Below, one piece after another: positions 42,125 to 50,525 of a stretch of 64,000 bases of DNA. Each line of letters begins with the position of its first letter. The stretch's first letter is position 1. The notes below the pieces were generated by a model. That model saw nothing but the letters and a program-made list of their open reading frames with translations, made no database searches and was not told the origin of the DNA. Both the position numbers and the translations under genes were made by a program. Source of the DNA: Opitutales bacterium (GTDB lineage Bacteria; Verrucomicrobiota; Verrucomicrobiia; Opitutales; Oceanipulchritudinaceae); the NCBI GenBank assembly GCA_020831485.1, contig JAFIGG010000007.1:5952-69951 (forward strand), read 5' to 3'.

Positions 42125-43030
42125 ATGGTACAGAGCGCGGGTGCATTCTCGGGCAGGCATTGGAGGCGGGCACTGCTGGTGCTTGGTCTTCTCTGTGCTT
42201 CGGTTGGGTTTGCCGTGGCCGAACCGCTGCAACTGTTGTCCTGGAATGTGCGCAACTACCTCGCCCAGAATCAAGTTATCGAGGGACGTTGGCGTCCGGA
42301 TTATCCAAAGCCGGAGGCAGAGAAGGCCGCTTTGAGAGCGGTGTTGCTGAGCGAACGGGCAGATGTGGTGTTTTTTCAGGAGATGGGTGCCGAACCGTAT
42401 TTGCGCGAGTTGCAGCGGGACCTTCGGGTCAAGGGTCTGGATTATCCTTATCGAGCCATGGGGCGCGGTGTCGATACCGTGCGCCACTTGGCGGTTTTGT
42501 CGCGGGTTCCTCTGGCTGAGGTCCACTTGCATGCCGTTCCGGATGAGGAATTGCCTCCCATGCGGAGGGGTTTGATGGAAGTGGTGATCGAGCATGAAGA
42601 GTCGATTGTGCGCGTTTTCAATGTGCACCTTAAAAGCCGCTGGACCGTCGACCGTGCGGACCCCCTGGCCCAGCAGCAGCGCAGTGCTGAGATGGAGCGC
42701 TTGGTGGAAATCGTTGGCGAGCGCCGACAGCCCGGCGACACCCTGCTGATCCTCGGGGACTTCAATGAGCCCGAAGATTTTCCCGCCCGGCTGTTCCTGC
42801 TGGACCAATTAAGCTCTGTGCTAGGTCTGCCCCAGCAGGATTCCAAGGGTGCTGACTGGACCTTTTACTGGGAGCGCGAGGACCGCCGAGAGGCCATCGA
42901 TGCCATCTATTATTGGCCGCCGGATCAAAATGAAATCGGAGTCAGCGCGGTGCGGATTGTCGACGGGCCGGAGGTGATGGAAGCGAGCGACCACAGGCCG
43001 CTAGGAGTTTCTGTGGGCGGGGCCAAGTAG
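42125..43030 (+). CDS. Secreted endonuclease/exonuclease/phosphatase (EEP) family protein
   Basis: Signal-like N-terminus (ALLVLGLLCASVGFAVA), LLSWNVRN, VFFQEM, LILGDFNE and EASDHRPL. Confidence 0.75.
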   Translation: MVQSAGAFSGRHWRRALLVLGLLCASVGFAVAEPLQLLSWNVRNYLAQNQVIEGRWRPDYPKPEAEKAALRAVLLSERADVVFFQEMGAEPYLRELQRDLRVKGLDYPYRAMGRGVDTVRHLAVLSRVPLAEVHLHAVPDEELPPMRRGLMEVVIEHEESIVRVFNVHLKSRWTVDRADPLAQQQRSAEMERLVEIVGERRQPGDTLLILGDFNEPEDFPARLFLLDQLSSVLGLPQQDSKGADWTFYWEREDRREAIDAIYYWPPDQNEIGVSAVRIVDGPEVMEASDHRPLGVSVGGAK

Positions 43031-43104
43031 CCCCGGTATTCATGCCGGGGACGAATGGTGCAGCAACTACCTATTCCGCGCAATGCCCAGGCTAAAGCCG
43101 GGGC

Positions 43105-43386
43105 CTACTTCTTCAACCGTGCCAGGGTTGCGCCCCAGCCGCCGGCGTTGACGGGGGCGAGGCTGTAGGATTCGACGTCCGGATGGCGCTCGAGGAGGGC
43201 GTGGATCTGGGTGCGGAGCACGCCTTTGCCTTTGCCATGGATGATGCGGAGTTCATTGAGCCCTTCTTCCTGGCAGGCTTCGATAAAGGCGAGCACCACG
43301 GCTTTGGCCTCGCTGGGGTGGAAGGTGTGCAAGTCGATGACGCCGTTGATTGGCAGTTCGATGGGATCGGGCTCGTAGTCGCTCAT
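43105..43386 (-). CDS. Smr-domain protein
   Basis: IDLHTFHPSEAKAVVLAFIEACQEEGLNELRIIHGKGKGVLRTQI is the Smr (MutS2 C-terminal-like) signature. The start at Met17 overlaps the queG stop (ATGA). Confidence 0.75.
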   Translation of the reverse strand: MSDYEPDPIELPINGVIDLHTFHPSEAKAVVLAFIEACQEEGLNELRIIHGKGKGVLRTQIHALLERHPDVESYSLAPVNAGGWGATLARLKK

Positions 43387-44429
43387 GGGCTGTTTTCGTG
43401 GGAAAGGCGTTGCTGGATGCGGGTGATGGCCCATTCGGCGTGCTCGGCGACCATCGGGTCGGCGTGTTGTGCGGTTTTTTGCAGGGCCGGCAGGTCTTCC
43501 AATGTGCCTGTATTGCCCAGGACTACGCAGATATTGCGCAGCCAGCGCGGCAGTTTCAGGCGGCGGATGGGTGTACCTTCAAATGTCGTGTGAAAGTGTT
43601 CGTCTTCCCAGTCCAGCATTTCGCGCAGGTCTGGATAGGGGCGGGCGGCGAGCTTGGTTTCGCGGGATTCGCCTGCCCAGCGGTTCCAGGGGCAGACATC
43701 CAGACAGTCGTCGCAACCGAATAAGTGGTCGCCGATGGCCTCGCGGAACTCCATTGGGATCGGACCCGGGTGCTCAATCGTGAGGTAGCTGATGCATTTG
43801 CGGGCATCCAGCTCGTAGGGAGCCACAATGGCCTGCGTCGGGCACACATCGATGCAGCGCGTGCAGCTGCCGCAGCGGTTGGCTGGCGGCTGATCGGCGG
43901 GCAGCTCCAGGGTGGTCAGAATATTGCCGAGAAACAACCACTGTCCCTCCGTAGGATTAAGGATCACCGTATTTTTGCCCTGCCAGCCGATGCCAGCCTG
44001 CTCGGCAATCGGTTTTTCGAGCAGTGGACCGGTGTCGACATAGGGACGGTTCTGGCCGCCCTGATCGCGCAGCCAGGCGCAGAGCCGTTTCAACTTCTTG
44101 TAGATTATTTTGTGGTAGTCCTTGCCCAGCGCATACTTGGCAATCCGGCCGCGCCGTTCCAGTTCCGGCTGATAGTAGTTAAGGCCACAGACAATGATCG
44201 AGCGCGCTTCCGGCATCAGCTGCTGCGGATAGGCCCGGCGCTCTGGGTTATTTGCCATCCAGCGCATCTCCGCATGCATGCCCTTTTCGAGCCAGCGCAT
44301 GAAGTAGTCCTGGCGAAGCTCCACCGGAACCGCCACAACACCCACCGACTCAAAGCCCAATTCCCTGGCTTGGTCGATGAGCTGGGATTTGAGCTCGCTG
44401 GGAGAAAGACTGGAAGAGGGCGCGGACAT
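43383..44429 (-). CDS. queG: Epoxyqueuosine reductase
   Basis: From MSAPSSSL: two ferredoxin motifs (CGSCTRCIDVCP, CDDCLDVCP) and the HEAT-like C-terminus typical of QueG. The 72 upstream residues of the listed ORF are a translation of the tandem repeat and are excluded. Confidence 0.88.
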   Translation of the reverse strand: MSAPSSSLSPSELKSQLIDQARELGFESVGVVAVPVELRQDYFMRWLEKGMHAEMRWMANNPERRAYPQQLMPEARSIIVCGLNYYQPELERRGRIAKYALGKDYHKIIYKKLKRLCAWLRDQGGQNRPYVDTGPLLEKPIAEQAGIGWQGKNTVILNPTEGQWLFLGNILTTLELPADQPPANRCGSCTRCIDVCPTQAIVAPYELDARKCISYLTIEHPGPIPMEFREAIGDHLFGCDDCLDVCPWNRWAGESRETKLAARPYPDLREMLDWEDEHFHTTFEGTPIRRLKLPRWLRNICVVLGNTGTLEDLPALQKTAQHADPMVAEHAEWAITRIQQRLSHENSP

Positions 44430-44492
44430 AGAAGCAGTGTCTCTGAGTTTTCCCAATGAAGCCGTCCCAGGTCCATCGAAAAGTGCAAAGGG

Positions 44493-44629
44493 CCCCGGGA
44501 GCAGGCGCGCCCCCGCGCCTGTAGCGGGGCCTTGGAATTGGGCGGACGGGGCGTCCACCCCCCGGAGCAGGCGCGCCCCCGCGCCTGTAGCAGGGCCATG
44601 GAATTGGGTGGACGGGGCGTCCACCCCCC
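44493..44629. repeat. Two tandem 66-bp REP-like units, each with two GC-rich hairpins
   Basis: The period of 66 bp was verified through the +1 ORF (S42 to S64). Hairpins CAGGCGCG-CCCC-CGCGCCTG lie at 44502-44521 and 44568-44587. Hairpins GG(C/T)GGACG-GGG-CGTCCACC lie at 44541-44559 and 44607-44625. The element sits between the stop of 44635..45519 and the queG start. Confidence 0.8.
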
Positions 44630-44634
44630 GGAAT

Positions 44635-45519
44635 TTACTCACCGCGTTCCAGTAGTTCGTAATCGATCAGGGCATAAGGCAGTTGACCGCGAAAGGCTTT
44701 TGGGCGGCCGCTGCGGCCGTGCGGGCGGAGGATGATGTGGCGGGGTTTGTTGTCGAGCACGCGGAAGCCGCGTTCGCTCAGCTCTTTGTTAACGTTGCGG
44801 GAAAGCTTGACCATGGTCTCGTCCGAGATGACACCGCTTTCGGCGGCGTCCTGGGCATCGACGCCTTTGACCCAGTTGAAGAGGGTGATGTAGACGCGGT
44901 CCCATTCGTAGACGACGCGTTTTTCTTCGGGCTGATCCCTCTGGTCGGCGGCGAGGGCGCGGTCGTAGCGCCAGTAGGCATTTTCTTTGCGGCCCAGTTT
45001 CCAGGCCGGATAGCGGGTGGCCGGACAATAGATCGCGAGTGGTCGTTGGGTCCAGATCGGTGTGCGTCCGGGTTGGGTTTTGTGGCTCGCACGCAGGTCT
45101 TGAAGCAGGCCGAATTCCTCGAATGGACTGAGGAAACGGGCACCCCGGGCAATGTTGTCGGCTGCCTCTGACTGGCTGGCGATGGTATAGAAAACCGGTG
45201 CGTCCTGGGCGAAGCGGTTGAATTTGATGACCACTGGCAGCCCACGCGAATTGCGGTGGGGAAGCTCCATGCGGTAAACCGAGCCCGTGCTGCCTACCAG
45301 GCGCTGGCCGGTTTCGCGGAACCGCCCATCCACATACCAGTGGCGCGGGCGCAGGGCGTCGGCCAATGGCCAACCATAGCGGCTGAGAAAAAGCATTCCA
45401 CCCTGCATTCCTTTCAGGAGAATGTAGTCTACACCAAAAATACGCCGTTTCCATTCATCCCCAGCTTCGTCGAAGCTCGGTTGAAAGGCGCGGAACAATT
45501 TGAAGTTGTAGACTTCCAT
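44635..45519 (-). CDS. Protein-kinase-like fold protein (Kdo/WaaP/RIO-like), function unknown
   Basis: The order of motifs resembles an atypical kinase: GSTGSVYRMEL...PVVIKFNR (Gly-loop plus Lys), SPFEEFGLLQDL (helix C Glu), LDNKPRHIIL (catalytic-loop-like) and ALIDYELLE (DFG-like). This is recognition by eye only. Confidence 0.55.
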   Translation of the reverse strand: MEVYNFKLFRAFQPSFDEAGDEWKRRIFGVDYILLKGMQGGMLFLSRYGWPLADALRPRHWYVDGRFRETGQRLVGSTGSVYRMELPHRNSRGLPVVIKFNRFAQDAPVFYTIASQSEAADNIARGARFLSPFEEFGLLQDLRASHKTQPGRTPIWTQRPLAIYCPATRYPAWKLGRKENAYWRYDRALAADQRDQPEEKRVVYEWDRVYITLFNWVKGVDAQDAAESGVISDETMVKLSRNVNKELSERGFRVLDNKPRHIILRPHGRSGRPKAFRGQLPYALIDYELLERGE

Positions 45520-45558
45520 ATAAAAAGAAGGCCGGGCGATGGATGATCGCCCGGCCTT
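45518..45558 (-). terminator. Intrinsic (Rho-independent) terminator of the 45572..47509 gene
   Basis: Perfect 13-bp stem AAGGCCGGGCGAT / ATCGCCCGGCCTT (45528-45540 / 45546-45558) with a 5-nt loop. On the minus strand it is followed by CTTTTTAT, which runs straight into the ATG at 45519. Confidence 0.7.
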
Positions 45559-45571
45559 TAAAGTTCAGGAT

Positions 45572-47509
45572 TTACTCCTGAATCAAGGTATTTACATCGA
45601 TCAGTTTTTCGTAGTCTGCGATGCTTCCGTTTGCGAAGCAACAGTCGATGATCTTACGACCTAGGGGCAGCAGGTCCGGATCGTCGAACTGCGAGAGCTC
45701 CTTGTGGAAGAAGTTAGCGAGGATCTTGGCGCCCTTGTCGTAAGCTTCTTCACCGACTTCCGGCTGCTTGTCGACTTCGAGGAACCAGGGCCCGATGACG
45801 CGGCCTTCGATCATGACCGGCTTCATCGCATAACCCAGCAGGGGGCAGCGGGCGTCGGTGACTTGCTCGCGGCTGAACTCCGCGCTGGCGCGGCGGGCCA
45901 GGTATTCGCGGACAATCCATTGCGGCATGAATCCGACTTCCCAGGCACCGATGTGCTGATTGGGCGTGAGGATATAGCGCACCGCCGGCGTTTCGATGAT
46001 TTGATTGAGCAGCAGGTTTGCTTGGTCGACCCGCCGGCCGGTGGCAAAGGGCCAGTAGGAGCCCACACCTTCGGAGGTCATGCCTTCCTGGTCGACAATG
46101 CTTGGGTTGGCGTGACCGCGCGGGGCAACGAGGCGCCAGAGCCAGGCGAGAGCCGGAGGCAGGATGTGGAACATGCCGATGATGCCGTAGCTTGGCTTCT
46201 CCTTGGTGCAGGGTGGGGTGCGCACACCGAAGCTGCGGACGTCGACGTCCACAGCGCCATCGATCACGTTGGGAACGATGTTGCGGGGGACAATGACGCG
46301 CGGGTTTGGACAAGGTTTGCCTGGGCTGTCTTCAATGTGGTCCCAGATGAGGGCCGTGCTGTTGGGCTGAGCATCGATGCTCAGGAACAGGAGCGGCTCC
46401 TTCGGGTGAATGGTCATGTCCTCCAGGTTCGGATCAATACCATAGTGGTTGATGTGATTGACGCGCACGAACCAGGCGGACTCGGCGTCCATCAGGGTCA
46501 GTTTGCCGCGGCCTTTGTCGAGGGAAGGGTGGCAGAGGGCCATGTCGTCCGTAACTGGGCGCAGTTCGCAGCTCTGTGGCAGGGTGACGGTGCGTTTTTC
46601 ACCGGTCACCAGGTTTTCGCCGAGGCGCAGACTGCCGTCGCGGGCACGGTGCACGTGCTCGAGCATTTCGCTCTTGCCGCCGCCGCTGGCACCTTCGTGG
46701 GAGATGACGATCTTGTTGTCGTAAGGGGTTACGACCTGAACCGTCGAGCAGTGCATGGTGACCCAGTTCTCGGCTTCGCCGAGGTTGATCAACACGCCGT
46801 AGATGCCCTTTTTGGCGCTCGGTCCCGGATAGAGATTGTAGCTGAAGAGCTCGTGCATCCCTTTCAAGCGGTTGTGCACGACCACTTGTTTGCCCTCAAA
46901 GTGGGTATGGCGGAAAGGCGGAGCTACATAGATGATCGCTTTGGGTGAGAAGCCTTCGGGGATCGCCTCGCGCGACATGATGCCCTGCAGCAGAGCGAGA
47001 CCGAGGGCGAAAAAGCCCGCGTTGGCAGGTGCGATGACCATGGCGTCGGTGCCCTTGCCTTCCATCCCGGCTGTAAAGGCAAACACCGCGAGTTCCTGGC
47101 CTTTCATCCAGTCAAAGGTGGCCTGACGGACGTCCGCGAACTTGTGGGGAAATTCCTTGTCGAAGGTCGGCTTGTTCGTTGGCTCGCTGTCACCGATAAA
47201 CATGCAGTCCGGGTCGCGCCGGCGCATGTAGGGCTCCAGGTAATTGGCGGCGATGCCGTTTTTGACCCGGCAGACCTTGGCCTCAACCACGGATCCCTTT
47301 CCAGGAACATCGTAGGCGACCTCATGCCAGTCGCTGCCGTTGACGTCGCGTAATGCCAAGTCCTGCAGTTGTTCCTTATGGTCGGCCACCACGAAGCTGG
47401 GGCACTGACTCAGTACCTCCTCGACTTCGCTGGGGACGGCAAATCCGAGGCGCTCGCGGACCGTTGCGTTAGGGTTATCAGTATAGCTGCTCTTTTTCAT
47501 ACGACTCAT
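45572..47509 (-). CDS. Large P-loop protein with a PEP-carboxykinase/HprK-like nucleotide-binding motif (DUF4914-like from memory), function unknown
   Basis: 645-aa ORF that is clearly coding. It has ISHEGASGGGKSEMLEH (GxxGxGKS/T), a later DDMALCHP and a NPRVIVPR segment reminiscent of PEPCK-type kinases. No confident family assignment. Confidence 0.7.
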   Translation of the reverse strand: MSRMKKSSYTDNPNATVRERLGFAVPSEVEEVLSQCPSFVVADHKEQLQDLALRDVNGSDWHEVAYDVPGKGSVVEAKVCRVKNGIAANYLEPYMRRRDPDCMFIGDSEPTNKPTFDKEFPHKFADVRQATFDWMKGQELAVFAFTAGMEGKGTDAMVIAPANAGFFALGLALLQGIMSREAIPEGFSPKAIIYVAPPFRHTHFEGKQVVVHNRLKGMHELFSYNLYPGPSAKKGIYGVLINLGEAENWVTMHCSTVQVVTPYDNKIVISHEGASGGGKSEMLEHVHRARDGSLRLGENLVTGEKRTVTLPQSCELRPVTDDMALCHPSLDKGRGKLTLMDAESAWFVRVNHINHYGIDPNLEDMTIHPKEPLLFLSIDAQPNSTALIWDHIEDSPGKPCPNPRVIVPRNIVPNVIDGAVDVDVRSFGVRTPPCTKEKPSYGIIGMFHILPPALAWLWRLVAPRGHANPSIVDQEGMTSEGVGSYWPFATGRRVDQANLLLNQIIETPAVRYILTPNQHIGAWEVGFMPQWIVREYLARRASAEFSREQVTDARCPLLGYAMKPVMIEGRVIGPWFLEVDKQPEVGEEAYDKGAKILANFFHKELSQFDDPDLLPLGRKIIDCCFANGSIADYEKLIDVNTLIQE

Positions 47510-47758
47510 TCCTTATATAAGCAATTGTGATTTGAAAAGAAAATAATATCAGAAATCGTAATCCTGTATCAAGCTGAGGCTGATGCCGGGCAAAGTAGAC
47601 CCTGCATTCATGCAGGGTGCGGGATTTCCTGGAGAAAACGCCATCTGTCCGGTCCCCCGCTTGAAAGCGAGAGGCTACAACCTGTATTAAGTCTGTTTTC
47701 GCTCAATACCGCTCTTTTGCTTTGTCTCCTCATTATGGACAGGTCTAAATCCGTGTCC

Positions 47759-48718
47759 ATGTCAGAGTCTGAAAAAAGCTTGAAGGTTGGAGTGGCGGGA
47801 GTCGGCTCCCTTGGACAACACCACGCGCGGCTGTATGCCGCCCTGCCGCAGGCGGAGCTGGTGGGCGTCTACGACCTGAATCCGGAGCGGGCCGCGGAGA
47901 TTGCGGAACGCAACGGGACCCAGGTCTTTGATTCCATCGAGGCCCTCGGTGCGGCCTGTGATGCGGTCAGTGTGGTGGTGCCGACGGATCTGCACTGCGA
48001 GGTGGCCTTGAAGCTGATGGAGCAGGGCTGTCACTTGCTGATCGAAAAGCCCATCTGCGCCTCTCTGGATGAAGCCGAGCGCGTGCTGGCGGCGTCCAAG
48101 GCAGCGGGTATTCTGGTCCAAGTGGGGCACATCGAGCATTTCAACCCGGTCATGAGCTATCTGGAGGAGGCGGTTCAGCACCCGCGCTTCATCACCGCGG
48201 ATCGCCTCGCACCTTTCAATATTCGCGGCACGGAGGTCGGGGTGGTACTCGATTTGATGATTCACGATCTGGGAATCATTCTCGAACTGGCCAAATCACC
48301 GGTCAAACGGGTCGATGCGGTCGGCGTTCAGGTGCTGACGGGCGCTGAAGACATTGCCAACGCCCGCATTCTCTTTGAAAACGGCTGTGTGGCGAATTTG
48401 AATACAAGCCGGGTCAGCCAGAAAAAGGTGCGCGAGATCCGGGTGTTTCAGACGGCGGGTTACCTTTCCCTTAATTTTATGGAGCAATCCGGCCACCTGA
48501 TCAAAAAAGAAGGGCTCAACCTGATCCGCGAGGATATACCTCTGGAAAAAGATGAGCCCCTTAAGTTGGAATTGGCTTCTTTTATTCAGTGCGTTCAGCA
48601 ACGCCGCGATCCGAAGGTGAGCGGCACCCTGGGCAAGACCGCGCTGGAGCTGGCAATTCAGATAACTGAGCAGATTACCCAGGGCCTGGCCTCCAGTCCG
48701 CAAACCGGTAAAGCCTGA
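47759..48718 (+). CDS. Gfo/Idh/MocA-family NAD(P)-dependent oxidoreductase, immediately upstream of lpxB
   Basis: LKVGVAGVGSLGQHHARLY Rossmann N-terminus, LIEKPIC (EKP motif) and the GHIEHFNP region. Start set at MSESEK. Confidence 0.85.
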   Translation: MSESEKSLKVGVAGVGSLGQHHARLYAALPQAELVGVYDLNPERAAEIAERNGTQVFDSIEALGAACDAVSVVVPTDLHCEVALKLMEQGCHLLIEKPICASLDEAERVLAASKAAGILVQVGHIEHFNPVMSYLEEAVQHPRFITADRLAPFNIRGTEVGVVLDLMIHDLGIILELAKSPVKRVDAVGVQVLTGAEDIANARILFENGCVANLNTSRVSQKKVREIRVFQTAGYLSLNFMEQSGHLIKKEGLNLIREDIPLEKDEPLKLELASFIQCVQQRRDPKVSGTLGKTALELAIQITEQITQGLASSPQTGKA

Positions 48719-48722
48719 TTCC

Positions 48723-49880
48723 ATGCAACTCGCAACTCCAAGTGATGGCGGATGCGACGTGCTATTCCTTGCCGGAGAGCATTCGGGCGATCAACACGCG
48801 GCCCGCCTGGCTGCGGACCTCTGGGCAGCCCACAGCGACCTGAAAATGGCCGCAATCGGTGGCCGTGCCCTGGAGCAGGCCGGCGTTCAGTTGTTGCACG
48901 ACCTGACGGAAAGCTCGGTGGTTGGCTTGGTCGAGGTATTGAAAAACTATGGCTACTTCCGTGAACTCTTTGAATCGACCCTGAACTGGGTGGTTGAAAA
49001 CCGCCCCAAGGTCCTCGTGCTGGTGGACTACCCCGGCTTCAACCTCCGCCTTGCAAAAGCATTGGCCGATCGCGGCATCAGCCGCAAGGGTGGGGGAGAT
49101 GTCGCGGTTTACCAATACATCAGCCCACAAATCTGGGCCTGGAAGGCAGGCCGGCGTTTCAAGATGGCCCGCTACCTCGATGAAGTGGGCGCCATTTTCC
49201 CCTTTGAGCCGGATTGTTACAAGGACACCGATCTGCCCGTTCAATTCGTCGGCCACCCATTCGCCGACAGTCGTCATCAATTGCCACTGCGCTACGCAGC
49301 CGATGCGGGACTGCTGCTCCTGCCCGGAAGCCGCAAACAGGCGGTATTGCGCATTTTCCCCCTTATGCTCCAGGCCTGGAAGTGCCTCGATGCCAATGAC
49401 CCCTTGAAGCAGGCCACTGTTTTATTTCCGAGCGAACCCATTCGCGAGATCCTGCAACAGGCCATGGCACAGGCAGGAATCGAAGACGGCGCCATCCAGC
49501 TCGTTCCAGCCGAAACCCCGACTGCAGCGCGTGCCGTGTTGACCAGTTCCGGAACCATGTCCCTCGTCTGCGCCATGGCCGGCATTCCCGGCGCCATTGT
49601 CTATCGCGCCCACCCCATTACCTACTGGATCGGCCGCCGCCTCGTACGCATCCCCTACCTCGGCATGGCCAACCTCATTCTCGACGAGGTCATGTATCCA
49701 GAATTCCTACAAGGCGCCGCCCACCCCAAAGCATTGATCAGCGCCCTCCACGACGCACAAAGCCCGGATCGCATCGAGCGTACACAAAAACAGTCCACCC
49801 AACTCGCCGAAACCCTCCGTGCGGAGAGCGGTTCGACGGCCGTGGACCGCATTTTTTCCTACTTAGTCCCAACAAAGTAG
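48723..49880 (+). CDS. lpxB: Lipid-A-disaccharide synthase
   Basis: VLFLAGEHSGDQHAARL, VLVDYPGFNLRLAK, YISPQIWAWKAGR and GHPFAD...LLLPGSR....SGTMSL layout. Confidence 0.9.
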   Translation: MQLATPSDGGCDVLFLAGEHSGDQHAARLAADLWAAHSDLKMAAIGGRALEQAGVQLLHDLTESSVVGLVEVLKNYGYFRELFESTLNWVVENRPKVLVLVDYPGFNLRLAKALADRGISRKGGGDVAVYQYISPQIWAWKAGRRFKMARYLDEVGAIFPFEPDCYKDTDLPVQFVGHPFADSRHQLPLRYAADAGLLLLPGSRKQAVLRIFPLMLQAWKCLDANDPLKQATVLFPSEPIREILQQAMAQAGIEDGAIQLVPAETPTAARAVLTSSGTMSLVCAMAGIPGAIVYRAHPITYWIGRRLVRIPYLGMANLILDEVMYPEFLQGAAHPKALISALHDAQSPDRIERTQKQSTQLAETLRAESGSTAVDRIFSYLVPTK

Positions 49881-49922
49881 CGGAACGGCGACAGTCCGTT
49901 TCGGTCACCGTAAGTCCCTCAA

Positions 49923-50525
49923 TCACCTCTTTACCAGAACATGCAACTCTGGCGGCGGCGTCTTACGGCCCAACGGAATATGCTGCACCCAGGAGGCAAA
50001 ATCCGAACGGTGTTTTCGAATCCAACGCTTCACTGCAACCGTCTCCTCCGCACCCTCGGCATGACCGGGGTAACAGAGAACCGACAGCATCCCCCCAGGC
50101 CGCAGCCATTCGGGAACGGGATCGAGTGCTTTGAGCGTAGAATTAGACAGGGTCGTCTGCCGCGAGTCGCTTTTGGGCAGAAAACCCAGATTGAAGACCA
50201 CCAGATCCAGCTTGCCGCGCATGGCGGGTGGCAGCTGCCGGGGCCAATCCGCGTGATCGCTGTGGATCAATTCCACCCGTTCGCGCAGACCGGCCGAGCG
50301 CAGGCGCTGATCGGTGACGTAGATCGCCGCTGCCTGAACATCAAAAGCCCAGACCCGGCCTTCGGGCCCGATCCATTCAGCCAGTTTCAGAGCATCGTTG
50401 CCGTTTCCCGCAGTTGCATCCAGGGCGAATCCGCGGGCAGCTGGCTCATCGTCAGCACCCCGTGTCAGCAACTGGTGCCAATACCGCTGGGCCAGCTGAG
50501 TCTGTGGAACGCGTGGCTCCTTCAT
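49923..50525 (-). CDS. Class I SAM-dependent methyltransferase (putative rRNA methylase, YtqB-like)
   Basis: ALDATAGNGNDALKLAEWIGPEGRVWAFDVQ and ...FNLGFLP... Start set at MKEPRV. Confidence 0.72.
   Translation of the reverse strand: MKEPRVPQTQLAQRYWHQLLTRGADDEPAARGFALDATAGNGNDALKLAEWIGPEGRVWAFDVQAAAIYVTDQRLRSAGLRERVELIHSDHADWPRQLPPAMRGKLDLVVFNLGFLPKSDSRQTTLSNSTLKALDPVPEWLRPGGMLSVLCYPGHAEGAEETVAVKRWIRKHRSDFASWVQHIPLGRKTPPPELHVLVKR

Noticed and set aside
41357-42808. 483-aa minus-strand ORF spanning the M48 protease and EEP genes
   Set aside because: It runs antisense to two well-supported genes. Its translation is low-complexity (Q/H/R/P/G-rich) with no motifs. This is a typical shadow ORF of GC-rich DNA.
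44430-44642. N-terminal 71 residues of the listed 419-aa queG ORF, containing a duplicated 22-aa peptide
   Set aside because: The duplication is the translation of the 66-bp hairpin repeat. QueG homology starts at the internal MSAPSSSL. I treat the segment as non-coding.
45704-46948. 414-aa plus-strand ORF antisense to the large P-loop protein gene
   Set aside because: Shadow ORF. The composition is A/G/V/D/R-rich with no motifs, whereas the opposite strand encodes a coherent 645-aa protein.
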